Of a stretch of 64,000 nucleotides of DNA, positions 54,397 to 63,169 are shown piece after piece (position 1 is the first letter of the stretch; every line of letters begins with the position of its first letter). A model generated the notes under the pieces. That model had not been told where the DNA came from. It saw nothing but the letters and a program-made list of their open reading frames with translations, and searched no databases. The stretch covers positions 3,075-67,074 of the forward strand of contig CAZXYN010000002.1 of NCBI GenBank assembly GCA_964644965.1, given 5' to 3'. Source of the DNA: an uncultured Candidatus Saccharibacteria bacterium. Lineage in GTDB: Bacteria; Patescibacteriota; Saccharimonadia; Saccharimonadales; JACDBH01. A program made the translations under genes and the position numbers.

Positions 54397-54491
54397 CTTG
54401 CACAGACAATTGGAACTCCAATGCGGCTATGCTTGCACTAGTCAAACCAATACAATATAAAGTAAGTACAAAGATAAGAGAGGGAAATACG

Positions 54492-55529
54492 ATGGCAAAA
54501 GCACAGTCTGACACACCAAAAAAAGAATTAGCACCAAAAGAGGTAAAAGAAGATGGCAAGACCAAAGCATTAGGTTTAGCTGTCGATCATATCGAAAAAC
54601 AGTTCGGCAAGGGCACAATCATGCGCCTCGGTGAGAGCACGCACCAGAATGTTGAATGTTACCCAACCGGCAGCGTCTCTCTAGACCTCGCCCTTGGCGG
54701 CGGCATTCCAAAAGGCCGTATTATAGAAGTATACGGGCCAGAAAGCTCTGGTAAGACAACCCTCACTCTCCACGCAATTGCAGAGGTTCAGAGAGCAGGC
54801 GGTGTGGCGGCATTTATCGATGCCGAGCACGCACTCGATCCGCAGTACGCTCAGCGAATCGGTGTAAACCTAGACAATCTACTGGTATCTCAGCCAGACA
54901 ACGGCGAGCAGGCACTAGAGATTGTCGAATCACTGGTACGCAGTAATGCAGTTGACCTGATTGTTGTCGACTCTGTTGCGGCGCTCGTACCACAGGCGGA
55001 AATCGAAGGCGATATGGGTGACAGCCATATGGGTCTGCAGGCTCGTCTGATGAGCCAAGCGCTACGCAAGCTGACGGCAATTATTTCTAAGTCTAAGAGC
55101 ACAGTGATTTTCATCAATCAGCTTCGCATGAAGATCGGCGTTATGTTTGGCAACCCAGAGACAACCACTGGTGGTAACGCGCTCAAATTCTACGCTAGCC
55201 TGCGTATGGACATCCGCCGTACATCACAGATCAAACAGGGTGACCAAGTAATCGGCAACCGCACCCGGGTAAAGGTGGTCAAGAACAAAATCGCACCGCC
55301 ATTCCGCGAGGCCGAGTTTGACATCATGTACAACGAAGGTATTAGCCGCGAGGGCGATGTGCTCGACCTAGCTGTAAATAAAGAGATTGTCGAAAAAGCT
55401 GGCGCCTGGTTCAGCTACGAAGGCGAAAAAATAGGGCAGGGACGTGAGGCATCCAAGTCTTATCTGAAAGAAAATCCAAAAGTCCTCGAAAAAATAGCCA
55501 AGCAAGTCATGGAAGCCAACAAGGTTTAA
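54492..55529 (+). CDS. recA: Recombinase RecA
   Basis: [28 protein letters not shown], and [28 protein letters not shown]. The start is set at MAKAQ with a GAGAGGGA RBS. Confidence 0.97.
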   Translation: MAKAQSDTPKKELAPKEVKEDGKTKALGLAVDHIEKQFGKGTIMRLGESTHQNVECYPTGSVSLDLALGGGIPKGRIIEVYGPESSGKTTLTLHAIAEVQRAGGVAAFIDAEHALDPQYAQRIGVNLDNLLVSQPDNGEQALEIVESLVRSNAVDLIVVDSVAALVPQAEIEGDMGDSHMGLQARLMSQALRKLTAIISKSKSTVIFINQLRMKIGVMFGNPETTTGGNALKFYASLRMDIRRTSQIKQGDQVIGNRTRVKVVKNKIAPPFREAEFDIMYNEGISREGDVLDLAVNKEIVEKAGAWFSYEGEKIGQGREASKSYLKENPKVLEKIAKQVMEANKV

Positions 55530-55533
55530 ACGC

Positions 55534-55884
55534 ATGCAAGGTCCCAATGAACGTTTCTATAACTGGATGAAAGAAGAAGACGAACTAAAACTTCGCCAGT
55601 CAATTGAAGCATCCAGTAGGGAACAGGCTAAATTTATGGGAGATATATTTAAATACCTGTCAATGGTTTCAGGGGCTTTATCTGTTAACATGCTTGTTTT
55701 AGCTAAACAAGCCGATTTCGATTATAGTTTGGGCGAAACTTCGGTCGTTGAACTGGCAACCCAGAGTCCCGGCGGCTGCCTGGCTTTAGGGTCTTTTGCC
55801 GTAACATCTGCTTTTTTTGTGGAGGGCTTGTCTTTGTATCGCCAAGCACGCAATCGAGAAGCTGAACTTGGCACAGTGGAGTAG
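55534..55884 (+). CDS. Hypothetical membrane protein
   Basis: Two hydrophobic segments and no motif recognised. Confidence 0.45.
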   Translation: MQGPNERFYNWMKEEDELKLRQSIEASSREQAKFMGDIFKYLSMVSGALSVNMLVLAKQADFDYSLGETSVVELATQSPGGCLALGSFAVTSAFFVEGLSLYRQARNREAELGTVE

Positions 55885-55893
55885 AATTTCTCT

Positions 55894-56346
55894 ATGACGG
55901 CAACGAATCACGGGCTAGCAGGGGCGGCAATTGCGATTGTGCTACAAAAGCACCCAGCCATCGCTATTGCCATGTCTCCATTCAGCCACTTTTTGCTAGA
56001 TATGATTCCGCATTATGCAGACAACAATCTAGGCATAAAAGATCGCAAGTTTGTTCGCAATTTGTTTATAGACATGACACTAGCAGTAGCGTCCACGCTA
56101 GCTGTAGCGTGGTTTTGGCCAGATATAGCGCTACTGGTAGTGGCATGTGCATTCCTAGCGGCAAGCCCTGATCTGATGTGGCTGTATTATAGATATCTCA
56201 AACCAACCAAACCAAAGGACTGGAATTGGCTTGCCAGATTTCATAGCCGTATCCAGTGGTCAGAGACCAAACCTGGCATCATCACCGAAGTCCTCTGGTT
56301 CGCCATCCTCTTCCCATCCCTCATCCTAATAAGCACAGGCTCCTAG
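55894..56346 (+). CDS. YdjM/DUF457-like membrane-bound metal-dependent hydrolase
   Basis: TNHGLAGAAIAI, HFLLDMIPH, and 4 TM segments. This family often belongs to DNA-damage regulons. Confidence 0.55.
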   Translation: MTATNHGLAGAAIAIVLQKHPAIAIAMSPFSHFLLDMIPHYADNNLGIKDRKFVRNLFIDMTLAVASTLAVAWFWPDIALLVVACAFLAASPDLMWLYYRYLKPTKPKDWNWLARFHSRIQWSETKPGIITEVLWFAILFPSLILISTGS

Positions 56347-56379
56347 CTTGCAAGGCCAGGCCTTGCAATATGGTGTGAT

Positions 56380-56979
56380 ATGAAAATTACTTCTATAAAA
56401 CAGCAGATAAAGAGTCCGGAGCGGGCGAGTACTTTTATTGACGGCAAGTACTCGTTTTCGCTAAGCCTTAATGAGCTGGTTGCAGAAAGGCTCAAAATTG
56501 GCCAGGAGCTTGATGAACCGGAACTAAAGCGGCTCAAAAAAATGTCAGAGGATGGCAAGCTGCGGGCACGAGCCATGGAATGGGTAATGAACCGGCCACG
56601 AAGCATTCGTGAATTCCGCGACTACATGTACCGAAAAAAGGCTGACCCAGAGATGGTAGACAAACTACTCGATGAGTTCACGGAACGCGGCTACATAAAC
56701 GAAGAATCCTTCACAAACTGGCTGGCAGATATGCGTAGGCGAGGTGGCAAGAGCGAGCGGGCAATCCGTGCAGAGCTCGCCCGCAAGGGCATACCGCGAG
56801 AGACAGTGGACGAAGTGCTGGATGATGATGGCGATGAGATTGTCAGACTGCGCGAGCTGGTGGCCAAAAAGCAGAAACTTCCCCGCTACCGGAGCGATCC
56901 GCAAAAACTAATGGCCTATCTTGCCCGCCAAGGTTTCAATTATGATGACATAAAGACTGTACTGTCGGAGAATACCTAA
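56380..56979 (+). CDS. recX: RecA regulator RecX
   Basis: Three-helix repeat architecture (ARAMEWVMNRPRSIREFRDYMYRK.., ERAIRAELARKGI, LMAYLARQGFNYDDI) close to recA. Confidence 0.8.
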   Translation: MKITSIKQQIKSPERASTFIDGKYSFSLSLNELVAERLKIGQELDEPELKRLKKMSEDGKLRARAMEWVMNRPRSIREFRDYMYRKKADPEMVDKLLDEFTERGYINEESFTNWLADMRRRGGKSERAIRAELARKGIPRETVDEVLDDDGDEIVRLRELVAKKQKLPRYRSDPQKLMAYLARQGFNYDDIKTVLSENT

Positions 56980-57503
56980 GATATTGCCTGCATGATTGCC
57001 GGCAGTGTTTCTTTGACCTTTATATCGGTGTCACGAACGACAATTTTTGTATGAGTAATTTCTATGATCTGTGATCGGTCGATTGTAAGTTGGCCTTCGG
57101 TCAGGCTCTTGTAGACGGGGCGGCTGACATAAAGTTTTTGAACCTTCATAGTCAGCGGATCAAGTGCATAATCACTGACCTTGCCAAGCTTACGGCGGTG
57201 ATTGGTGACTACAGATTTGCCTATGATCTCAAACTTGAGTTCTAGGACTTCTTTGAGCCTTACGAGCTCCTCCGGTTCTGCTAATACCTCGTGATCGTCT
57301 ATCGCAATGCCTTGTGGTACAAAATCACGCACGTCTTGTTTGAGTAAGATTAATTGGGATTTACTAAATTGATCATCACACATCCAGCCCTCTATCTGAA
57401 GGTTGTTTGGATTAATGATTGGTACAGTGGCAGTGGCAACCCTGCCACCAGTACGAAGACTCATGACTGGTAAATCTAGGATGTGCTCGCTTAACTTCAA
57501 CAT
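56976..57503 (-). CDS. PRC-barrel domain protein (two barrels)
   Basis: LDLPVMSLRTGGRVATA and GKSVVTNHRRKLGKVSDYALD are PRC-barrel-like. The start is set at MLKLSEH. Confidence 0.6.
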   Translation of the reverse strand: MLKLSEHILDLPVMSLRTGGRVATATVPIINPNNLQIEGWMCDDQFSKSQLILLKQDVRDFVPQGIAIDDHEVLAEPEELVRLKEVLELKFEIIGKSVVTNHRRKLGKVSDYALDPLTMKVQKLYVSRPVYKSLTEGQLTIDRSQIIEITHTKIVVRDTDIKVKETLPAIMQAIS

Positions 57504-57625
57504 GCTTATATTATACGCCGAAAACCAAGTCCTGGGTCGTCTTAGTATTGTTGTAAAAATTATGTTTTTGTTTTGCTCATGCTTGCTAAGTGCCCACAAG
57601 AAGACAACAATATCGCCCAAAGCTT

Positions 57626-59014
57626 ATGAAACAGGTAAAACTCCAACTCGGAGCGGTGGGATTCATACTAGCCAGTCTGCTAGCCGTGATTTTACCTGTT
57701 ATTAGTGTCACTGCGCAGCCCTTAGCAACACCAGATATTTCTATCAGTCGATTTCGAGTTAGTACAGACGGGCAATTTTTTGAGCTCCACAACAATAGCC
57801 CTAATGAAGTTGAAAAATCGGTGCTCAGCCGGGTACAGCTGGCTTACTACAATCATTACGACATCACTAAAGCTACCAGTAGCAAGTTTGTTTCTCTCGG
57901 TGGTAGCCTGCCTGCCAATGGATATTACTTAATCAACGACAGCAATCTTGCACTCTGCTATCAGATGACAGTGGCCTCGGCATCACTTGGTTTCAGCTCT
58001 ACCAATGGTATGGTCCAACTTTTGCATGTAGAACAGGAATATATTGGAGGTCCTTTTGTGAGCAAGGTGCTCGATAGCGTGGCTTGGTCTAGAACTGCAG
58101 TGACATCATCGCCAGAGGTTCAGATTTTGCCAAAATTGCATGACCAATCTTTCCTACAAAAAGAAGCTAATAGCTGGCGTGAGTACTGGCCAAGTGACGC
58201 AAACCCATGCGAATACGTGTGGGCTGGTGACCCCACAAAGGTGGCAGTCACGGATGTTAGCTACGTTTTCTTGGGTAGTGCCTTTCCGCCAGTGCGTCAT
58301 GTGGCAGCAGTGAGCAAATCGTCAAGCAAAATTAATCGCAATGTTGGCAAGATGGCTCCGGTTGTAAATGAGCTTTTGCCAAATCCAGCTAGTCCGCAGA
58401 CCGATGCTGACGATGAATTTATAGAACTGTATAATCCAAATGATTCTAATTTTGACCTCAGCGGATTCAAGCTTGCGTTTGGTAGTAAAAGTCCTCGCAA
58501 ATATACATTTCCAGAAGGTACAGTACTAAAACCAAAACAATTCAGAGCTTTTACGTCTGGTGATACCAGCATAAGTCTGTCGAATACAGAGGCACAAGTC
58601 TGGCTACTAGATCCAAATGAGCAGGTGATATCGCAGAGCGAACCATATGCCAAGGCCAAGGATGGCCAGGCTTGGGCGCTAGATAACGGTAAATGGGTCT
58701 GGACCAGTAATCCATCACCAAATGAGATGAACACTATAAGTCCTACTGGCGGCAGCACTGGCGATGGTAAATCAGCCGCAGCCGTGCTTGGTATTACAGA
58801 TAGTAAAAGCGGCGGTTCGGGTGGTGGTACAACCGGCACAGGAAGTGCAAATCAGCTCGATGACGCTGCTCCGCTACACCCCTCTGTGCTTGCAGTGGTA
58901 GGCATGGCCGCGGTAGCATATGCCCTGTATGAGTACCGACATGACATTGGAAATCGAATCTTCCAGTTCCGAAGATACCTTCGACACCGCCGAACGCTTG
59001 GGCAAGAACTGTAA
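57626..59014 (+). CDS. Surface protein with two lamin-tail (LTD) domains and a C-terminal TM anchor
   Basis: INELLPNP-type block (VNELLPNPASPQTDADDEFIELYNP), an earlier ISRFRVSTDGQFFELHNN block, a signal peptide, and a Gly-rich linker plus TM segment at the C-terminus. Confidence 0.7.
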   Translation: MKQVKLQLGAVGFILASLLAVILPVISVTAQPLATPDISISRFRVSTDGQFFELHNNSPNEVEKSVLSRVQLAYYNHYDITKATSSKFVSLGGSLPANGYYLINDSNLALCYQMTVASASLGFSSTNGMVQLLHVEQEYIGGPFVSKVLDSVAWSRTAVTSSPEVQILPKLHDQSFLQKEANSWREYWPSDANPCEYVWAGDPTKVAVTDVSYVFLGSAFPPVRHVAAVSKSSSKINRNVGKMAPVVNELLPNPASPQTDADDEFIELYNPNDSNFDLSGFKLAFGSKSPRKYTFPEGTVLKPKQFRAFTSGDTSISLSNTEAQVWLLDPNEQVISQSEPYAKAKDGQAWALDNGKWVWTSNPSPNEMNTISPTGGSTGDGKSAAAVLGITDSKSGGSGGGTTGTGSANQLDDAAPLHPSVLAVVGMAAVAYALYEYRHDIGNRIFQFRRYLRHRRTLGQEL

Positions 59015-59402
59015 AGGTGGCGAGTTCTTTTTGCTGTCGAGTGACCTTGGTGGCGGCAAAACAACCTTTACCAAGGGTCTAGCAAAGGGCTTAGGAAGCA
59101 AAGATATTGTCAACAGTCCAACTTTTACTGTTAGTCGCGTTTATGATTGCCGGGATGGAATCGAGCTTCATCATTTTGATTTTTACCGGTTAAATGAAGG
59201 CGGGATGGTGGCGCATGAGCTTGCGGAAGTGGTTGAAAATCCAAAAGCTATTGTTGTTGTCGAATGGGGCGATGTTGTCAGCGATGTTTTGCCAAAAAAC
59301 CGCATTACTGTTCAGTTTGACAGAGTTGCCTCAGGTGAAGAAAATCGTAGAATAAAAATAACTTATCCTACCGAACTCAAATATATTGCAGGGGTGATCT
59401 AA
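58941..59402 (+). CDS. tsaE: tRNA t6A37 biosynthesis ATPase TsaE
   Basis: LSSDLGGGKTTFTKGLAKGLG, SPTFT, and HFDFYRL. Its 5' end overlaps the LTD gene by ~70 nt and the start is uncertain. Confidence 0.85.
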   Translation: MTLEIESSSSEDTFDTAERLGKNCKGGEFFLLSSDLGGGKTTFTKGLAKGLGSKDIVNSPTFTVSRVYDCRDGIELHHFDFYRLNEGGMVAHELAEVVENPKAIVVVEWGDVVSDVLPKNRITVQFDRVASGEENRRIKITYPTELKYIAGVI

Positions 59403-59798
59403 ATGATGATTCTTACACTGCGTACAGATAAGCCAGAGGCTGAAGTTGGGCTTTATGATGACGACAAACAAATCGCCTACGAGGTCTGGCCAGCGCACAG
59501 GCAGCTAGCCGAAACAATTCATCAGAAGATTGCTGAACTACTCAAGGACAAATCAAAACAATTATCAGATGTACAGGCAATAGTTTGCTACAAAGGTCCG
59601 GGTAGTTTCACGGGTCTAAGAATTGGTCTGAGTGTTGCCAATGCGCTGGCCAGCGGACTAAATGTTCCGATTGTAGGTGTTGAAGGCGAAGAAAACTGGC
59701 TGCAAAAGGGAATAGGATCAATAATGTCAGGCAAGAATGATCAAGCCGTCATGCCGGAGTACGGCGCGCCAGTCCATATAACTCGGCCAAAACACTAA
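59403..59798 (+). CDS. tsaB: TsaB-like protein (short, N-terminal domain only)
   Basis: GPGSFTGLRIGLSVANALA. It is 131 aa versus ~230 aa in typical TsaB. Confidence 0.75.
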   Translation: MMILTLRTDKPEAEVGLYDDDKQIAYEVWPAHRQLAETIHQKIAELLKDKSKQLSDVQAIVCYKGPGSFTGLRIGLSVANALASGLNVPIVGVEGEENWLQKGIGSIMSGKNDQAVMPEYGAPVHITRPKH

Positions 59799-59983
59799 AA
59801 ACTTTATAAAATGTTTCGCAAAAAGTGCTATTCTATTTTCAGGATTATTCGTTCTTGGGAAGTCCTAACAGAGTTTTAAGATATTTTTATTTATTTAGAT
59901 TTCTTGCCTAGAGTTTGTACGGCTAATGAAGTGATAGTGATGCCACTCGCAAACTCGGCGAGGTACAAGAGAAGGAGACAGTT

Positions 59984-61495
59984 ATGTTGCCAGCCATCAT
60001 ACTAGGTTTAATTGGCATAGCTGCTGGATTTGGCGCCAGCACAGTTGTGACAAAGAAAAAGCTAGGTTCTGTAGAGGCAGCCGCCGAAAAAGAACTGAAA
60101 AAAGCCAAAAAAGAAGCCGACGAATCACTACGCAAAGCCCGTGAAGAGGCTGCCGAAATCGCTGACAAAGCTCGCAAAGATGAGCAGCAGCGCCGCAAGG
60201 AAGTAAAAGAGATTGAACTTCGTTTGCGTGACCGCGAAGAGTCACTAGACAAGAAACTCGATACAATCGACAAGCGCGCCGAAGCTCTACGCAAGAGCGA
60301 GGATGAAGTTGAAGCGCTCAAAGATGAGATTCGAGTGATTCGTACCAAGCAACAAGAAAAGCTAGAAAAAGTCGCCAAGCTAAGCAAGGCAGATGCTACC
60401 GAAAAGCTCATGCAGATGACCGAACGTGATATCAAGAACGATCTCACTGGCCTCATCAGTAAGATGCAAAACGAAGCCAAGGAACAAGCCGAGGAACAGG
60501 CTGCACTCATTATTACAACTGCCATGGAACGCATGGCTAGTGAGGTTACCGCTGAGCGAACAGTTACGGCTGTAAAGCTAGAAGACGAGGAAATGAAGGG
60601 TCGAATTATCGGCAAAGAGGGTCGCAACATTCAGGCCTTGCAGCGCGCTACCGGTGTCGACATCATGGTAGATGATACTCCAGGTATGATTATTCTTAGC
60701 AGCTTTGATCCTGTTCGCCGTGAGGTTGCTCGCATCGCTCTAGAATCACTACTCAAGGACGGCCGTGTACATCCAGGTCGTATTGAAGAAGTCGTCGAGA
60801 AAGCTCAGAAGCAAGTTCAGAAAGACGTTATGCACGCTGCCGAGGATGCAGCCCGCGAAGTTGGTGTGATCGGTATTCCAAAAGAAATCATGCAGCTACT
60901 TGGTGAACTCAAATACCGGACTAGCTATGGTCAGAACGTGCTCAAACATTCTACAGAAATGTCTCACATCGCAGGACTTATCGCCGAGCAAGTTGGCGCA
61001 GATGTAAAAACCGCCAAATACGCAGCACTAGTACATGATCTAGGCAAAGCCCTGACTCACAAAATGGAAGGCAAGCACCATCATATTAGTGGTGAAATGC
61101 TCCGAAAATACGGAGCACCAGAAGAAATCGCTCTAGCTGCTGAGCAACATCATGATGATGTCGAAGCCACGACCGTCGAGGCTCTAATTGTCCGTGTAGT
61201 TGACGCAATCAGCGCGTCTCGCCCTGGTGCTAGAAATATCAGTGCAGAAAACTTCGGCGAACGTATGCGCGATCTAGAAAACACGGCTCTCGGATTTAAG
61301 GGTATCGACAAGGCCTACGCAATTAGCGCTGGTCGTGAAGTCCGTGTGTTTGTACAACCACAGCAGGTAGACGACCTTACAGCTATCAAGCTGGCTCGTG
61401 ATATTGCAACCAAGATCGAATCAACCATGCAGTACCCAGGTACAATCAAGGTAAACGTTATTCGCGAAACCCGCGCCGTCGAATTCGCGAAGTAG
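59984..61495 (+). CDS. rny: Ribonuclease Y
   Basis: N-terminal TM segment, Lys/Glu coiled coil, KH domain (GRIIGKEGRNI), and HD domain (LKHS.E...IA..., HD.GKA, HH). Confidence 0.95.
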   Translation: MLPAIILGLIGIAAGFGASTVVTKKKLGSVEAAAEKELKKAKKEADESLRKAREEAAEIADKARKDEQQRRKEVKEIELRLRDREESLDKKLDTIDKRAEALRKSEDEVEALKDEIRVIRTKQQEKLEKVAKLSKADATEKLMQMTERDIKNDLTGLISKMQNEAKEQAEEQAALIITTAMERMASEVTAERTVTAVKLEDEEMKGRIIGKEGRNIQALQRATGVDIMVDDTPGMIILSSFDPVRREVARIALESLLKDGRVHPGRIEEVVEKAQKQVQKDVMHAAEDAAREVGVIGIPKEIMQLLGELKYRTSYGQNVLKHSTEMSHIAGLIAEQVGADVKTAKYAALVHDLGKALTHKMEGKHHHISGEMLRKYGAPEEIALAAEQHHDDVEATTVEALIVRVVDAISASRPGARNISAENFGERMRDLENTALGFKGIDKAYAISAGREVRVFVQPQQVDDLTAIKLARDIATKIESTMQYPGTIKVNVIRETRAVEFAK

Positions 61496-61501
61496 GGTGA
61501 C

Positions 61502-62095
61502 ATGCAGACAGAGATTGAATCAAAATTCCTTGATGTAAACCATGAAGAAATCAGATCTAAGCTTAAAAGCCTAGGTTCTGAGTGTGTTTGCAAGGAACGA
61601 CTTATGCGTCGAAAGAATTTTGATTTCCCAGACAGAAGACTCGAAAATGACAGAAACGGATGGGTACGTGTTCGTGATGAAGGGGATAAAGCAACACTCG
61701 CATACAAGCAGCTAGATAACAGAGACCTAGACGGTACAAAGGAAGTCTCGGTTACTGTGAGTAATTTTGATGATACTTGTAGGCTACTAGAGAGTATAGG
61801 TCTTAAAGTAAAATCTTATCAAGAAACAAAACGAGAGAGCTGGGTTCTTGATGGAGCAGAGATAGAGCTCGATGAATGGCCTTGGGCAAAACCTTTTATA
61901 GAGATAGAAGCAAATACAGAAGAAGTGATGTTTGAGACGATAAAAAAGCTTGGATTAGAGAAATCTGATGCAGTTCACGGAAGTGTTGAGATTGTATATA
62001 CTTCGGAATTCGATGTAACAGATGAAGACGTTGATTCCTGGGAAGAGATAGTATTCGTCAGTATACCAGAATGGCTAGAGAAGCGAAGAAAATGA
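61502..62095 (+). CDS. CYTH-domain (triphosphate tunnel metalloenzyme / CyaB-like) protein
   Basis: N-terminal EIESKF (ExExK) motif, alternating charged beta strands, and length ~190 aa. Confidence 0.7.
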   Translation: MQTEIESKFLDVNHEEIRSKLKSLGSECVCKERLMRRKNFDFPDRRLENDRNGWVRVRDEGDKATLAYKQLDNRDLDGTKEVSVTVSNFDDTCRLLESIGLKVKSYQETKRESWVLDGAEIELDEWPWAKPFIEIEANTEEVMFETIKKLGLEKSDAVHGSVEIVYTSEFDVTDEDVDSWEEIVFVSIPEWLEKRRK

Positions 62096-62883
62096 ACATT
62101 CTATATGTCGGAGACATCATGGGAGAGGTTGGGATTGAGACTGTTGAAAGAGTCTTGCCTGATCTGCTAGCAGAAAAGTCGGTGGACTTAGTAATTGCTC
62201 AGGCCGAGAACGTGAGCGAGGGCAAGGGAATGATGCCGGCTGACATGAAGAGACTACAATCAGTTGGAATTAACTTTTTTTCTGGTGGAAACCACACTCC
62301 AAGCAAATCAGAACTAACACCGCTACTAGAGGATGAGAACGCACCGGTCATTGGCCCGGCAAATTTAGAAGATTGCCCCGGAAGAGGCTGGAAGTATATC
62401 GAAACAGTGAAGGGCAAAGTTCTTGTGATCTCACTTATGGGTGACAAAGTCGGGACACCGATTGAGTTCGGCAATCCGCTAAAAGCTATTGACGAAATTC
62501 TGATCCAAAACCAAAACGTTGATCGGCAAGCGACAATTGTAAATTTCCACGGTGATTTTAGTAGCGAAAAGGTCATTATTGGTCACTATCTGGACGGGCG
62601 AGTAAGTGCGGTAATCGGCGATCACTGGCATGTGCCAACAGCAGATGCGCGTGTTTTGCCAAGTGGGACTGCCCACATGACAGATGTCGGCATGTGTGGC
62701 GTGCTTAATAGTAGCTTGGGTGTCACCTTCGATAGTGTCATTCCGCGTTGGCGTGATGGTATCCAGACCAAAAACGAGCTGGAAACAAAAGGACCACGTC
62801 AGTTTAACGCGGTTCTAATTGATGTTGATGAATCTACCGGCAGGGCAAATTCCATCGAACAGATTCAAATAATAAAAGGCTAA
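62092..62883 (+). CDS. ymdB: YmdB-family metallophosphoesterase (2',3'-cNMP phosphodiesterase)
   Basis: MNILYVGDIMG, AQAENVSEGKG, GNH, and NFHGD. The rny-ymdB neighbourhood is conserved. Confidence 0.88.
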   Translation: MNILYVGDIMGEVGIETVERVLPDLLAEKSVDLVIAQAENVSEGKGMMPADMKRLQSVGINFFSGGNHTPSKSELTPLLEDENAPVIGPANLEDCPGRGWKYIETVKGKVLVISLMGDKVGTPIEFGNPLKAIDEILIQNQNVDRQATIVNFHGDFSSEKVIIGHYLDGRVSAVIGDHWHVPTADARVLPSGTAHMTDVGMCGVLNSSLGVTFDSVIPRWRDGIQTKNELETKGPRQFNAVLIDVDESTGRANSIEQIQIIKG

Positions 62884-62908
62884 ATTCTCTCTTCGTTCTT
62901 CGTTTATC

Positions 62909-62980
62909 GGGAAGAGCAGCCAGACAAAATGTATTCCATTTTGCCTACGCGATGAGAAACCCCGAAGGGGTGTCTCATTA
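62909..62980 (+). repeat. Family-1 two-hairpin repeat, copy C
   Basis: GGGAAGAGCAGCC AGACAAAATG TATTC CATTTTGCCT ACGC GATGAGAAACCCCGAAGGGGTGTCTCATTA. It abuts the stop codon of the convergent small ORF. Confidence 0.8.
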
Positions 62981-63169
62981 CTAAAGCTCGCTCTTGCCAC
63001 GAAAACCAAAACCAGCTATGACTATGCTTGCGATCATATTGACGATCACAATGCTGACTAGCGAAAGCTCTGGGTCAATTGCCAGCAGCGCTGCGCTACC
63101 CAACCATATAATGCCGATGGCACCAGCTGTGTACGGGTATTTGATGAACAGTACAAATTCCTTAAGCAT
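62981..63169 (-). CDS. 62-aa two-TM small membrane protein
   Basis: Two hydrophobic helices. Its start overlaps the upstream ABC1-kinase gene end. Confidence 0.5.
   Translation of the reverse strand: MLKEFVLFIKYPYTAGAIGIIWLGSAALLAIDPELSLVSIVIVNMIASIVIAGFGFRGKSEL

Noticed and set aside
54429-54491. Upstream extension of recA (track ORF start at 54429).
   Set aside because: The extension has no RecA homology. The internal ATG at 54492 has a strong RBS and begins the conserved N-terminus.
59923-60630. 235-aa minus-strand ORF (Ser/Leu/Arg-rich) opposite rny. Similar long antisense ORFs occur opposite dnaK (30593-31174, 31494-31952), pilB (53548-54144) and the P-type ATPase (several).
   Set aside because: These are shadow ORFs on the opposite strand of well-supported genes. 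They have low-complexity composition, no RBS and no recognisable motifs.
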